Below, in pieces: positions 55,801 through 64,000 of a stretch of 64,000 nucleotides of DNA (position 1 is its first letter; the number at the start of each line of letters is the position of its first letter). The DNA is taken from sequence record MK327933.1; one strand, 5' to 3'. The notes beneath the pieces were generated by a model that was given only the letters and a program-made list of their open reading frames with translations, did not search any database and was not told the DNA's origin. The translations under genes were made by a program, and so were the position numbers. The DNA is from Escherichia phage vB_EcoM_G2285.

Positions 55801-56698
55801 TGAAACATCTAACCACTTTTATTCACAACGGGATAACCTTGGTAATATTACTTTCAGCATCAACGGTACAGTTCGGCCGATTAATGTTAATGCATCCGGA
55901 ACATTGAATGCTAATGGTGCGGCAACATTTGGACGTTCGGTGACAGCACAGGGTGAATTTATAACCTATAGCGCAAACGCATTCAGAGCAATTAGTGGTA
56001 ATTACGGATTCTTTATTCGTAATGATGGCGGCAGCACATATTTTATGCTTACTGCATCTGGTGATCAGACTGGCGGATTTAATGGATTACGTCCTTTAGC
56101 TATTAATAATGCATCCGGCCAAGTAACGATTGGTGAAAGCTTAATCATTGCCAAAGGTGCTACTATAAATTCAGGTGGTTTAACTGTTAACTCGAGAATT
56201 CGTTCTCATGGCACTAAAACCGCTGATTTATACACCCGTGCACCGACATCTGATACTGTAGGATTCTGGTCAATTGACATTAATGATTCAGCTACTTATA
56301 ACCAATTCCCGGGTTATTTTAAAATGGTTGAAAAAACTAATGAAGTGACTGGGCTTCCATACTTAGAACGTGGCGAAGAAGTTAAATCTCCTGGTACATT
56401 GACTCAGTTTGGTAATACACTTGATTCACTTTACCAAGATTGGATTACTTATCCAACAACTCCAGACGCACGTACCACTCGCTGGACACGTACATGGCAG
56501 AAAACTAAAAATTCTTGGTCAAGTTTTGTTCAGGTATTTGATGGTGGAAACCCTCCTCAACCTTCTGATATTGGAGCTTTACCTTCTGATAATGCAACAA
56601 TCGGAAACTTGACAATAAGGGATTTCTTAAGGATTGGTAATGTCCGCATTATTCCAGACCCTGTGAATAAATCTGTTAAATTCGAGTGGATTGAATAA
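52823..56698 (+). CDS. 34: Long tail fibre proximal subunit gp34
   Basis: 1291 aa with internal repeats, T4 gp34 size. Confidence 0.95.
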   Translation: MADIKRKFRAEDGLDAGGDKIVNVALADRTVGTDGVNVDFLVQENTVQVYDSTRGYNKGFVVLYDNRLYQAINDIVSPSGAFNLLQWRAVRTDAQWITVASGTYQLSSGESISVNTGAGNDMVFTLPNAPVDGDTVVLADIGGRTGTVKVQINASVQSILNFRGEQVRTVLMTRPRSQLLFVFSNRLWQMYITDYGKESITVTPAAPYQAQANDFIVRRFTSAAPINITLPRNANNGDIISLVDLDKLNPLYHTIVKTFDDTTSIGEVGTHTAEGRNDSDAFFVFDAANSLWRIWEGDQKSRLRIIRADSNIRPNEEVLIFGTNNATAGTINLTLPSGILSGDTVKISMNYMRKGQTVKIKAAEGDTIASSVALLQFPKRSEYPPDAQWVSVTELEFNGTTSYVPVLELSYIEDTVAGTRYWVVQQNVPTVERVDAGTDTTRARVGVIALATQAQANVDLENTPAKEVAITPETLANRTATEARRGIAKIATTAQVNQNSTASFVDDTIVTPKKLNERTATETRRGLAEIATQAETDAGLDDTTIITPKKLQARQGSETLSGIVKYVSTTSATPAETRGAAGTNVYNKTVNNLTISPKALDQYKATYAQQGAVILAVDSEVIAGQSQAGYSHAVVTPETLHKKTSTDGRIGLIEIATQAETNAGTDYTRAVTPKTLNDRKATEGLSGIAELATQVEFDTGTDDTRISTPLKIKTHFDSSDRTSVNSDSGLIEEGTLWNHYTLDISKANETQRGTLRVATQAESNAGTLDDVLITPKKLLGTKSTETSEGVIKVATQAETITGTSANTAVSPKNLKWIVQNEPTWAATTAIRGFVKTSSGSITFVGNDTVGSTQPLESYEKNSYAISPYELNRVLANYLPLKAKAADANLLDGLDSSQFIRRDIAQTVNGSLTLTRQTNLSAPLVSSSTATFGGSVSANSTLTISNTGASTRLIFEKGPQTGNNPAQAMNIRVWGNQFAGGSDTSRATIFEVGDETSNHFYSQRDNLGNITFSINGTVRPINVNASGTLNANGAATFGRSVTAQGEFITYSANAFRAISGNYGFFIRNDGGSTYFMLTASGDQTGGFNGLRPLAINNASGQVTIGESLIIAKGATINSGGLTVNSRIRSHGTKTADLYTRAPTSDTVGFWSIDINDSATYNQFPGYFKMVEKTNEVTGLPYLERGEEVKSPGTLTQFGNTLDSLYQDWITYPTTPDARTTRWTRTWQKTKNSWSSFVQVFDGGNPPQPSDIGALPSDNATIGNLTIRDFLRIGNVRIIPDPVNKSVKFEWIE

Positions 56699-56706
56699 GA
56701 GGTATT

Positions 56707-57834
56707 ATGGAAAAATTTATGGCTAAGTTTGGACAAGGATACGTCCAAACGCCATTTTTATCGGAAAGCAATTCAGTACGATTTAAATTAAGCATAGCGG
56801 GATCTTGCCCGCTATCAACATCTCCTGCTTATATTAAGTTTCAAGATAATCCACTTGGGTCCCAGGTTTTTTCCGTTGGATTAAACGTTCGTGTAATAAA
56901 TCCTACAACAGGTGCAGTAGTTGAATCTAAGTCATATAATTTCTCTACTGAAAACGACGCAACGTCAAGTGCATTTGTTACTTTCATGGACACATATGCT
57001 TCAAATTTTATATTTGCTCTTGTTACTAACGCTAAAACAAACTTTCCACCCGAAGTTCTTGCATGGTTTACTAAAGCTGGGAGTTCTGTTATTCCATTAG
57101 CTCAACAAGTTTTAAATATAGTGGACATTTCTTATTCGGCATTTTATATTTCTGGTAAGAATGCTATAGCACTAGAACATATTAAGTATAGTAATAAGAA
57201 AACTTCAACCGACTATAGTACACCACTTGATGTTGTGTACGACATGATCGATGATATTGGTGCTACCGGCTTCCCTAGACGTACGTATGAATCGTCAGAC
57301 ACATTTTTATCTGCTGTTGGAGGTACTAATAATGAAATTAAAAGGATGCCTACAACGTCCCTTATTACACCTCTCGCTGGGTATAAATTGAAGCCTGGAG
57401 ATTTCCTTTATATGAAATTCCAACTAATGGCCGATGCTGATTTGTTAGCACAAGGGACGACACGACTTTCTATTCGTTTCTTTAAATCTCCTTCTACTTC
57501 ACCTATTTCATTTAAGGATACAAACTTTGATGGGGTTGCAGGTGAATGGAAGATATATGAAGACTACATAGAAATTCCTGCTGGTGCTGACGGGTTCACG
57601 ATTTATTGTTATCGTACAGCTCCAGTTGGGCAAGGTGGATTAAGAAACGTTATATTCACCGAAGTATCATGTAATGGAAGCGTTTCAAAACCTGCTGAGT
57701 TTGGTATAAATGGTATTCGTGTAAATTATGTTTCAGAATCTTTAAGTGCTCCAGACATAATGACATTACCTACTCAATCTTCAACTGATACTGGTAAGGT
57801 ATTTGGACAAGAATTTAAAGAAGCATCAGAATAA
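56707..57834 (+). CDS. 35: Long tail fibre hinge connector gp35
   Basis: 375 aa, T4 order. Confidence 0.9.
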   Translation: MEKFMAKFGQGYVQTPFLSESNSVRFKLSIAGSCPLSTSPAYIKFQDNPLGSQVFSVGLNVRVINPTTGAVVESKSYNFSTENDATSSAFVTFMDTYASNFIFALVTNAKTNFPPEVLAWFTKAGSSVIPLAQQVLNIVDISYSAFYISGKNAIALEHIKYSNKKTSTDYSTPLDVVYDMIDDIGATGFPRRTYESSDTFLSAVGGTNNEIKRMPTTSLITPLAGYKLKPGDFLYMKFQLMADADLLAQGTTRLSIRFFKSPSTSPISFKDTNFDGVAGEWKIYEDYIEIPAGADGFTIYCYRTAPVGQGGLRNVIFTEVSCNGSVSKPAEFGINGIRVNYVSESLSAPDIMTLPTQSSTDTGKVFGQEFKEASE

Positions 57835-57839
57835 ATTTA

Positions 57840-57864
57840 GGGAGACCGAAGTCTCCCATTTTTG
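57840..57864 (+). terminator. Intrinsic terminator after gene 35 (GGGAGAC-cgaa-GTCTCCC plus T-run)
   Basis: Perfect hairpin plus ATTTTTG right after the gene 35 stop. Confidence 0.65.
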
Positions 57865-57872
57865 TATAAATA
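57865..57872 (+). promoter_or_regulatory. Late promoter TATAAATA upstream of gene 36
   Basis: Exact TATAAATA immediately after the terminator, 25 nt before the gene 36 ATG. Confidence 0.55.
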
Positions 57873-57896
57873 TGGTATACATATAAGGAGACAACT

Positions 57897-58559
57897 ATGG
57901 CCGATTTAAAAGCTGGTAGTACAACTGGCGGTGCCGTTATATGGCATCAAGGTAATTTCCCTTTAATGCCAGCAGGTGATGACGTCCTGTATAAAACGTT
58001 TAAACTCTATTCAGAATATAATAAACCACAAGCTGCTGATAACGATTTCGTTTCTAAAGCTAATGGTGGTACTTACGCCGTGACCGTTCGATTTAATGGA
58101 GGCGTACATGTTCCTACTGTAGGTAGTAGTCAACAGTGTGGTGTTTATCCAGGTAACGGTGATGCAGCTACTTTTGCTATGGCAAATATAGATATTGTTT
58201 CGTGGAATGGTATTGGTTTTAAATCATCGCAAGGTTCAGCAGCTCGAACTGTTGTAATTAATGCACGTAATGGTGATATTAATACAAAAGGCGTTGTGTC
58301 GGCAGCTGGTCAAGTAAGAAGCGATATGACTGCTCCGGTTGCAGCAAATGATCTCACAAGAAAAGATTATGTTGATGGACGAATAAATATTGTTACGGAT
58401 AACGCAAATTCCCGTGTATTGCGTAAAGGCGATACCATGACTGGTACTTTAACAGCACCAAACTTTTTCTCACAGAATCCGGCGTCTGAGGCTAATCATG
58501 TTCCTCGTTTCGACCAGATTGTAATTAAAGATTCTGTTCAAGATTTCGGCTATTATTAA
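57897..58559 (+). CDS. 36: Long tail fibre distal subunit gp36
   Basis: 220 aa, T4 gp36 size. Confidence 0.9.
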   Translation: MADLKAGSTTGGAVIWHQGNFPLMPAGDDVLYKTFKLYSEYNKPQAADNDFVSKANGGTYAVTVRFNGGVHVPTVGSSQQCGVYPGNGDAATFAMANIDIVSWNGIGFKSSQGSAARTVVINARNGDINTKGVVSAAGQVRSDMTAPVAANDLTRKDYVDGRINIVTDNANSRVLRKGDTMTGTLTAPNFFSQNPASEANHVPRFDQIVIKDSVQDFGYY

Positions 58560-58567
58560 GAGGACTT

Positions 58568-61500
58568 ATGGCTACATTAAAACAGATACAATTTAAAAGA
58601 AGCAAAGTGGCAGGTGCACGTCCTGCTGCTTCAGTATTAGCCGAAGGTGAATTGGCTATAAACTTAAAAGATAGAACACTTTTTACTAAAGATGACCTCG
58701 GTAATATTATTAGCCTAGGCTTTGCTAAGGGCGGGGATATTAACGGTAATGTAACCCAAAATGGTGGTTATTTACAGAACGGTACATATAATCTCAATGG
58801 AAATCAGTTTGTTTATGCAGGAAAATATATTGAATTTTTACCTAAAATAGCTGGTAATGGCGCTTGGGTAAATCAACACCTAAATAAAGCTCCTATCTTT
58901 ACAGATTTAAGTTCAACTACTGCTGTTTCAGAATACCATCCGCTGATTAAACAACGCTATAAAGATGGAACTTTTTCTGCTGGCACATTAGTAAACGAAG
59001 GTAGTTTTAAATTCCATTATATTGATGAAACCGGGACTTCAAAATACTGGACTTTTAATAGAAATGGTAATTTCATCGTAGATTCTGGCAATATTGAAGT
59101 TCGTACCGGTAATATTTCTGCTTCAGGCAATATTAACTCCGCTAATGGTATTATCACCGGGCCTGAAATTGTTACCAAAAATATTAATTTCAGTACAAAA
59201 ACATTTGTCGCTAACGCCAACATCGGGTATGATTGGGTTTCTTTACCTACCTGGGTTTATAATCCGCCAGCTGATGGTTCTGATAATACTACTAACGGTT
59301 TAAACTATTTGCGTAAATTGCGTGCATCAAGTGCATCAAGTATTTTCCATGAAATTGCTGATTGTCGAAAAGGCAAGCCGCAAGAAATTTCTTGGTGGAC
59401 TGGTGTAGGTCCTTCGTCTTTCCAATGGGCGTTTGATACCTCTGGGCGTATTACCGCAGGTAAATCTATTTCAGTAGGTCTTCCTGATAACGGGGCAAAT
59501 GGACGTTATCCTTTAGATTCTGCCATTTCTATTGGTATTGCAATTGGTGATAATGACACCGGTATTAAATGGGTCCGCGACGGTGTTATTGATTTCATGG
59601 CTAACGGTATTTCATCCGCTACCATTTTGAATAACGGTATTAACAGCACTAAGAAATTGATGGTCGGTTATAGCCGCGATTCTGGTACTACTTGGGATTT
59701 TCCTAATAATAATCAGGCAATGTTTACAGCAAGAACTGATGTTGATGGAAATAATAACGGTGATGGACAAACTCATATCGGTTATAGCAGCAATGCCAAG
59801 ATGTATCACTATTTCCGTGGTACAGGTCGTATGGCTGTTGGTATGGCAGAAGGTTTAATTGTTGAGCCAGGTATTTTAGATATTAAAACTGGTTCAAATT
59901 CATTAAATTTACGTGCTGATGGAACTATTTCTTCTATTCAAAGAATTAAATTTGATAACGGGGTACTTCTTACCGGGGCTAGAGCTGACGGTATTCAACT
60001 TGATGCGCCTACATCAGTAGATGGCACTAAAACTATACTGTGGGGTGCTGGTACTCGCGCAGGTCAGAATAAAAACTATATATCTATTAAAGCGTGGGGT
60101 AATTCATTTAATGCCACTGGTGATAAATCTCGTGAAACCGTTTTTGAAGTATCAGATTCACAAGGTTACCATTTTTATTCTCAGCGAGTTGCTCCTGGTG
60201 CAGGTTCTACTGTCGGACCTATTCAATTCCGAGTTAATGGCGGTTTATTAACTTCAGGTAGTATTGTTGCTTCCGGTTCTATTACAACTGAATCTTCTTT
60301 GAGTGTTAATAATGGCATGTCAGTAAACGGCCAAGCTAAATTCGGCGGAACAGCAAACGCATTGAGAATTTGGAACGCTGAATATGGCGCTATTTTCCGT
60401 CGTTCAGAAACAGCATTGCACATTATTCCTACCCTTAAAGACCAAGGAGAAAATGGTGAAATAGGTAATCTTCGTCCATTGAGCATCGCACTTCATAACG
60501 GTATGGTACAAATGCGTCATTCTGTCACGTTAGGCGATGATGGTAGAGGTGGCAATATGATTACTGTGGACAACGATAACAAACGTGTTGTTGTTGCTAG
60601 TAATAGTCGTATTTCTCCTAATTACCGTATGCAGATAGGACATTCCGCTTATATTGATGCTGAATGTACTAATACTGTTCGACCGGCTGGTGCAGGTTCA
60701 TTTGCTTCCCAGAATAATGAAGACGTTCGTGCCCCGTTCTATATGAATATTGATAGAACAGATACAAGCGCTTATGTTCCTATTGTGAAACAAAGATACG
60801 TTCAAAATAATAGTTGTTATTCTATTGGTACTTTAATTAATGGTGGTAACTTTAGAGTTCATTATCATGAAGGTGGAGACGGTGGTTCGACTGGTGCTGT
60901 TATAAAGGATCATGGATGGGAATTTAATAAAAACGGTGATTTTTATTCTCCTGGTAAATTAGGCGCTGGTAATGTTCGTATTGGTACTGATGGTAACATC
61001 ACTGGCGGCACTGGTAATTTTGCTAACTTGAATACCACAATAAATAACCTTAAGACGGATATTGTGTCGAGTTACCCAATTGGTGCTCCGATTCCTTGGC
61101 CTACTGATACACCTCCTGACGGTTACGCTATTATGGAAGGTCAGACCTTTGATAAGTCTGCATATCCAAAGTTAGCTGTTGCATATCCTAGCGGTGTTAT
61201 TCCAGATATGCGCGGGCAAACTATCAAGGGTAAACCTAGTGGACGAGCCGTGTTAAGTGCAGAAGCTGATGGTATTAAGTCTCATAGCCATAGTGCATCT
61301 GCTTCAAGTACTGACTTAGGCACTAAAACCACATCGTCGTTTGATTACGGCACTAAAACCACGAATAACACCGGGGCGCATACGCACAGTGTGAGCGGTA
61401 CAGCCGCAAGTGCCGGAAACCATACTCATAGTGTCACAGGCGCATCAGCAGAAAGACGGTACACACCAAATGGGTCAACACATGAGGTAGTGGCTGCGGT

Positions 61501-61714
61501 CAGGGTGAATACAAGTGCTGCAGGAGCGCACACTCATAGTGTCAGCGGCACAGCTGCATCTGCAGGTGCTCACGCACATACTGTCGGTATTGGTGCTCAT
61601 ACGCACTCTGTTGCGATTGGCTCACATGGACACACCATCACCGTTAACGCTGCTGGTAACGCGGAAAACACGGTTAAAAACATTGCTTTTAACTATATCG
61701 TTCGTTTAGCATAA
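58568..61714 (+). CDS. 37: Long tail fibre distal subunit / receptor-binding protein gp37
   Basis: 1048 aa; C-terminal His-box repeats ([15 protein letters not shown]) and conserved end ...[18 protein letters not shown]. Confidence 0.95.
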   Translation: MATLKQIQFKRSKVAGARPAASVLAEGELAINLKDRTLFTKDDLGNIISLGFAKGGDINGNVTQNGGYLQNGTYNLNGNQFVYAGKYIEFLPKIAGNGAWVNQHLNKAPIFTDLSSTTAVSEYHPLIKQRYKDGTFSAGTLVNEGSFKFHYIDETGTSKYWTFNRNGNFIVDSGNIEVRTGNISASGNINSANGIITGPEIVTKNINFSTKTFVANANIGYDWVSLPTWVYNPPADGSDNTTNGLNYLRKLRASSASSIFHEIADCRKGKPQEISWWTGVGPSSFQWAFDTSGRITAGKSISVGLPDNGANGRYPLDSAISIGIAIGDNDTGIKWVRDGVIDFMANGISSATILNNGINSTKKLMVGYSRDSGTTWDFPNNNQAMFTARTDVDGNNNGDGQTHIGYSSNAKMYHYFRGTGRMAVGMAEGLIVEPGILDIKTGSNSLNLRADGTISSIQRIKFDNGVLLTGARADGIQLDAPTSVDGTKTILWGAGTRAGQNKNYISIKAWGNSFNATGDKSRETVFEVSDSQGYHFYSQRVAPGAGSTVGPIQFRVNGGLLTSGSIVASGSITTESSLSVNNGMSVNGQAKFGGTANALRIWNAEYGAIFRRSETALHIIPTLKDQGENGEIGNLRPLSIALHNGMVQMRHSVTLGDDGRGGNMITVDNDNKRVVVASNSRISPNYRMQIGHSAYIDAECTNTVRPAGAGSFASQNNEDVRAPFYMNIDRTDTSAYVPIVKQRYVQNNSCYSIGTLINGGNFRVHYHEGGDGGSTGAVIKDHGWEFNKNGDFYSPGKLGAGNVRIGTDGNITGGTGNFANLNTTINNLKTDIVSSYPIGAPIPWPTDTPPDGYAIMEGQTFDKSAYPKLAVAYPSGVIPDMRGQTIKGKPSGRAVLSAEADGIKSHSHSASASSTDLGTKTTSSFDYGTKTTNNTGAHTHSVSGTAASAGNHTHSVTGASAERRYTPNGSTHEVVAAVRVNTSAAGAHTHSVSGTAASAGAHAHTVGIGAHTHSVAIGSHGHTITVNAAGNAENTVKNIAFNYIVRLA

Positions 61715-61719
61715 GGAGA

Positions 61720-61739
61720 GGGGCTTCGGCCCCTTTTTA
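61720..61739 (+). terminator. Intrinsic terminator after gene 37 (GGGGC-ttcg-GCCCC plus T5)
   Basis: UUCG tetraloop hairpin and T-run directly after the gene 37 stop. Confidence 0.65.
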
Positions 61740-61743
61740 TAAT

Positions 61744-62295
61744 ATGAAACTCTATCACTATTATTTTGACACTAAAGAATTTTACAAAGAAGAAAATTAT
61801 AAACCATTAAAAGGCGTAGGATTTCCGGCTCATTCGACACCAAAAAAACCTTTAGACCCTAAAGAAGGCTATGCTGTTTTATTTGATGAACGCGAACAAG
61901 AATGGGTATATGTTGAAGACCATCGTGGAAAAACAGTATGGACTTATGATAAGCAAAAAATTGTTATTGACACTCCGGGTGCTCTTCAAAATGTTACTAC
62001 GGAAGAACCTGGTGAATTTGACATTTGGACCGACGACGGGTGGAAGGAAGATGAAGCATATAAACGCGTAGTTCAACGTGATAAGAAAATTCATGAACTC
62101 TATAAATTATTCAGTGTTTTAAGTTCTCTTATTGACGCAGAGGTTGCTAATAGAGAAGAAAAGCGAAAATTTAAAGAGCTCAAAAAATTCTTTGCCCTTT
62201 TAGAAAAACACGAACATCTTGGCGGTGAATTCCCTAAATTCCCTGACCTTGAAAACAAATCTATTGTCAAAACGATTATAAATATCTTTAAGTAA
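61744..62295 (+). CDS. 38: Tail fibre assembly chaperone gp38 (T4-type)
   Basis: 183 aa; matches remembered T4 gp38 (MKLYHYYFDTKEFYKEENYKP...). Confidence 0.85.
   Translation: MKLYHYYFDTKEFYKEENYKPLKGVGFPAHSTPKKPLDPKEGYAVLFDEREQEWVYVEDHRGKTVWTYDKQKIVIDTPGALQNVTTEEPGEFDIWTDDGWKEDEAYKRVVQRDKKIHELYKLFSVLSSLIDAEVANREEKRKFKELKKFFALLEKHEHLGGEFPKFPDLENKSIVKTIINIFK
62277..62284 (+). promoter_or_regulatory. Late promoter TATAAATA upstream of holin gene t
   Basis: Exact TATAAATA inside the gene 38 3' end, 21 nt before the t ATG. Confidence 0.5.
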
Positions 62296-62304
62296 GGAGG
62301 TATT

Positions 62305-62964
62305 ATGGCAACACCAAAAGTATCATTTTCGCCTAGTGATATTCTATTTGGGTTGCTAGATCGTATTTTCAAAGATAACGCTACTGGAAAGGTTTTAATG
62401 TCCCGAGTAGCGGTAATTATTCTTTTGTTCCTAATGGCACTAATATGGTACAAAGGAAGTATTTTGCTGGATTATTATGTAAGAGCTAAGTATGATACTT
62501 ATACTGAAATAATCCAAAAAGAACGAGCTTTACGTTTTGAATCTGCGGCTCTAGAACAACTGCAAATAGTTCATATCTCATCTGGTGCAGATTTTAGTGC
62601 TGTGTATTCTTTCAGACCTAAAAACTTAAATTATTTTGTCGACCTTATAGCTTATGAAGGCAAACTACCTAGCACAATTTCTGAAAAGTCCCTTGGCGGA
62701 TTCCCAGTGGATAAAACGGCCAATGAATATATAATTCATTTAAGTGGCCGTCATTTCTCATCTAAATCTGAATTTGCATTTTTGCCTACAAAATCTAAGA
62801 CTGCCGAACTTTCTTATATGTATAGTTGTCCATACTTTAATTTGGATAACATCTATGCCGGAACTGTGACGATGTATTGGTATAAGGGGAGTAATATACT
62901 TGAGGAAGATCGCTTAGCGGCTATATGCAACCAAGCGATCCGAATACTAGGAAGGGCTAAATAA
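62305..62964 (+). CDS. t: Holin T
   Basis: 219 aa; single transmembrane segment and large periplasmic domain; matches remembered T4 T holin. Confidence 0.9.
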   Translation: MATPKVSFSPSDILFGLLDRIFKDNATGKVLMSRVAVIILLFLMALIWYKGSILLDYYVRAKYDTYTEIIQKERALRFESAALEQLQIVHISSGADFSAVYSFRPKNLNYFVDLIAYEGKLPSTISEKSLGGFPVDKTANEYIIHLSGRHFSSKSEFAFLPTKSKTAELSYMYSCPYFNLDNIYAGTVTMYWYKGSNILEEDRLAAICNQAIRILGRAK

Positions 62965-63237
62965 TTAGTTGTTAGAATACATCGCTAAATGACGATAAAT
63001 ATTTTCAAAACCTTCATTGAATTCACTAATCAGTGTTTTCTTTTCTTCGGCAGTTAAATTTGTAATTAGTTTTCTGAACGAATTCTGATTTAGCTGCCGA
63101 CCATCTTTTTTAATTCCAATCTCATTCAAGAATCCGATGAAACTTGCTCGGTCTTCAACAATATCTTCCCTAGAGAATTTAATCAAAATAGAAGCAATAG
63201 TAATAATTTCACGTACGATTTCAATATCTTTATTCAT
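62965..63237 (-). CDS. asiA: Anti-sigma70 protein AsiA
   Basis: 90 aa, matches remembered T4 AsiA. Confidence 0.9.
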   Translation of the reverse strand: MNKDIEIVREIITIASILIKFSREDIVEDRASFIGFLNEIGIKKDGRQLNQNSFRKLITNLTAEEKKTLISEFNEGFENIYRHLAMYSNN

Positions 63238-63283
63238 AACGTTTTATTCATTCCACTTAGTTGATATGGATATAGTACCATTA

Positions 63284-63445
63284 TCAGTGTTGATTGTAAA
63301 CAGCTTTTTCTACGCTTTTAACGTAATTGGTATAGTCTTCCTGTTCGTACGAGTGTAAGGCTAAGAACAGAGCTAATAGTTCATTATAGACTAAAGCCTC
63401 ACGCTCACGTTCGGCCTCTACTACGTTCTGAAGATTATGGCTCAT
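63284..63445 (-). CDS. Hypothetical small protein (start placed at internal MSHNL)
   Basis: Track ORF 63284..63499 overlaps the upstream gene; the internal ATG gives 53 aa. Confidence 0.35.
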   Translation of the reverse strand: MSHNLQNVVEAEREREALVYNELLALFLALHSYEQEDYTNYVKSVEKAVYNQH

Positions 63446-63734
63446 ATTGTTCCTTATAACTATCAATGTAGTCCTGTATGTCAAAGAATGATATTTCATA
63501 TTCTAGGACATTAAGAGCCCGTTCTTCAGTATAGTCAGAACCAAAGACGATAGTGATTTCACCGGGTTTAGAATGACTGAAATCAACACTAAACTCAAGT
63601 CGAGAGCAGACTTCATCTTCCATATCTATGATAACACTACGATACACTTCTCGGTTAATCTGATAAAGCTCTGCAAGTTCTTCACAACGAATAACAAGTT
63701 CAGTGGCAGGATTTTCTTTGATTTTAGTAAGCAT
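63435..63734 (-). CDS. arn: Arn-like acidic protein (anti-restriction nuclease), start at MLTKIKENPAT
   Basis: 99 aa acidic protein adjacent to asiA as in T4; the track ORF N-terminal extension is judged spurious. Confidence 0.5.
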   Translation of the reverse strand: MLTKIKENPATELVIRCEELAELYQINREVYRSVIIDMEDEVCSRLEFSVDFSHSKPGEITIVFGSDYTEERALNVLEYEISFFDIQDYIDSYKEQYEP

Positions 63735-63817
63735 AGTCTTTACCCTTATGTTTTTGTTTACGTTTAGATTGAAGTTCTGATTTCTTCTTGTCCTTATGGA
63801 CGGAAGCCTTATTGAAA

Positions 63818-64000
63818 TCATGTTTTGCTACAAGATTGTTCATAATGCTTTATAACCTCGTTTAAACATTTACTAGTGAAAGAAAACTTTTTAGCCACAG
63901 AACATTCGATAATGTGCTCTTTCAAATCTTTAGAGTCGGTATATCCCATCTCAGTAATAAAGTGGCGAATTAAAGCTTTATTCTTATCATTAACAGAATT
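63818..64000 (-). CDS. Hypothetical protein, C-terminal 60 codons only (gene starts beyond window end)
   Basis: Frame open from the window edge to a TGA at 63818-63820; the other two frames are closed. Confidence 0.4.
   Translation of the reverse strand, partial: NSVNDKNKALIRHFITEMGYTDSKDLKEHIIECSVAKKFSFTSKCLNEVIKHYEQSCSKT

Noticed and set aside
63735-63821. N-terminal extension of the Arn-like ORF (MISIRLPSIRTRRNQNFNLNVNKNIRVKT)
   Set aside because: It overlaps the 3' end of the upstream partial gene; the internal ATG at 63734 gives a protein of about the expected size.
63730-63843. 37-aa Lys-rich ORF (MNNLVAKHDFNKASVHKDKKK...) overlapping the Arn-like gene start
   Set aside because: It is fully overlapped by the end of the partial upstream gene and the Arn-like start; too short and likely spurious.

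Overview
This window is a contiguous segment of a T4-like (T-even, Tequatrovirus-type) myovirus genome, not bacterial chromosome. Plus-strand late structural block: gene 15 (partial), 16, 17 (terminase), 18, 19, 20 (portal), 67, 68, 21, 22, 23 (major capsid), 24. Then rnlB, hoc, inh, uvsW, uvsY and the baseplate hub genes 25, 26, 51, 27, 28, 29, 48, 54. A long minus-strand early region follows: alt, 30 (DNA ligase), 30.x ORFs, rIII, 31, cd, pseT, spanins, alc, rnlA, denA, nrdB (group I intron with intact I-TevIII), nrdA, td (group I intron with I-TevI), frd, 32, 59, 33, dsbA, rnh. The window ends with long tail fibre genes 34-38, holin t, asiA and arn. All names come from reading the translations against remembered T4 proteins and motifs; no database search was run. 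Late promoters (TATAAATA), sigma70-like early promoters, MotA-box middle promoters and UUCG-tetraloop terminators are visible throughout. Departures from canonical T4 worth a second look: (1) a perfect 55-bp tandem duplication that frameshifts the 3' end of portal gene 20; (2) a class I DAHP synthase (AroG-like) gene translationally coupled to cd; (3) a NADAR/YbiA-like ORF and a HAD-like ORF followed by an in-frame UGA plus a 62-codon extension; (4) a U_UUA_AAA heptamer where a -1 frame opens in a small early ORF; (5) an antisense early ORF where T4 has segD, with segD, segE and segG all absent.
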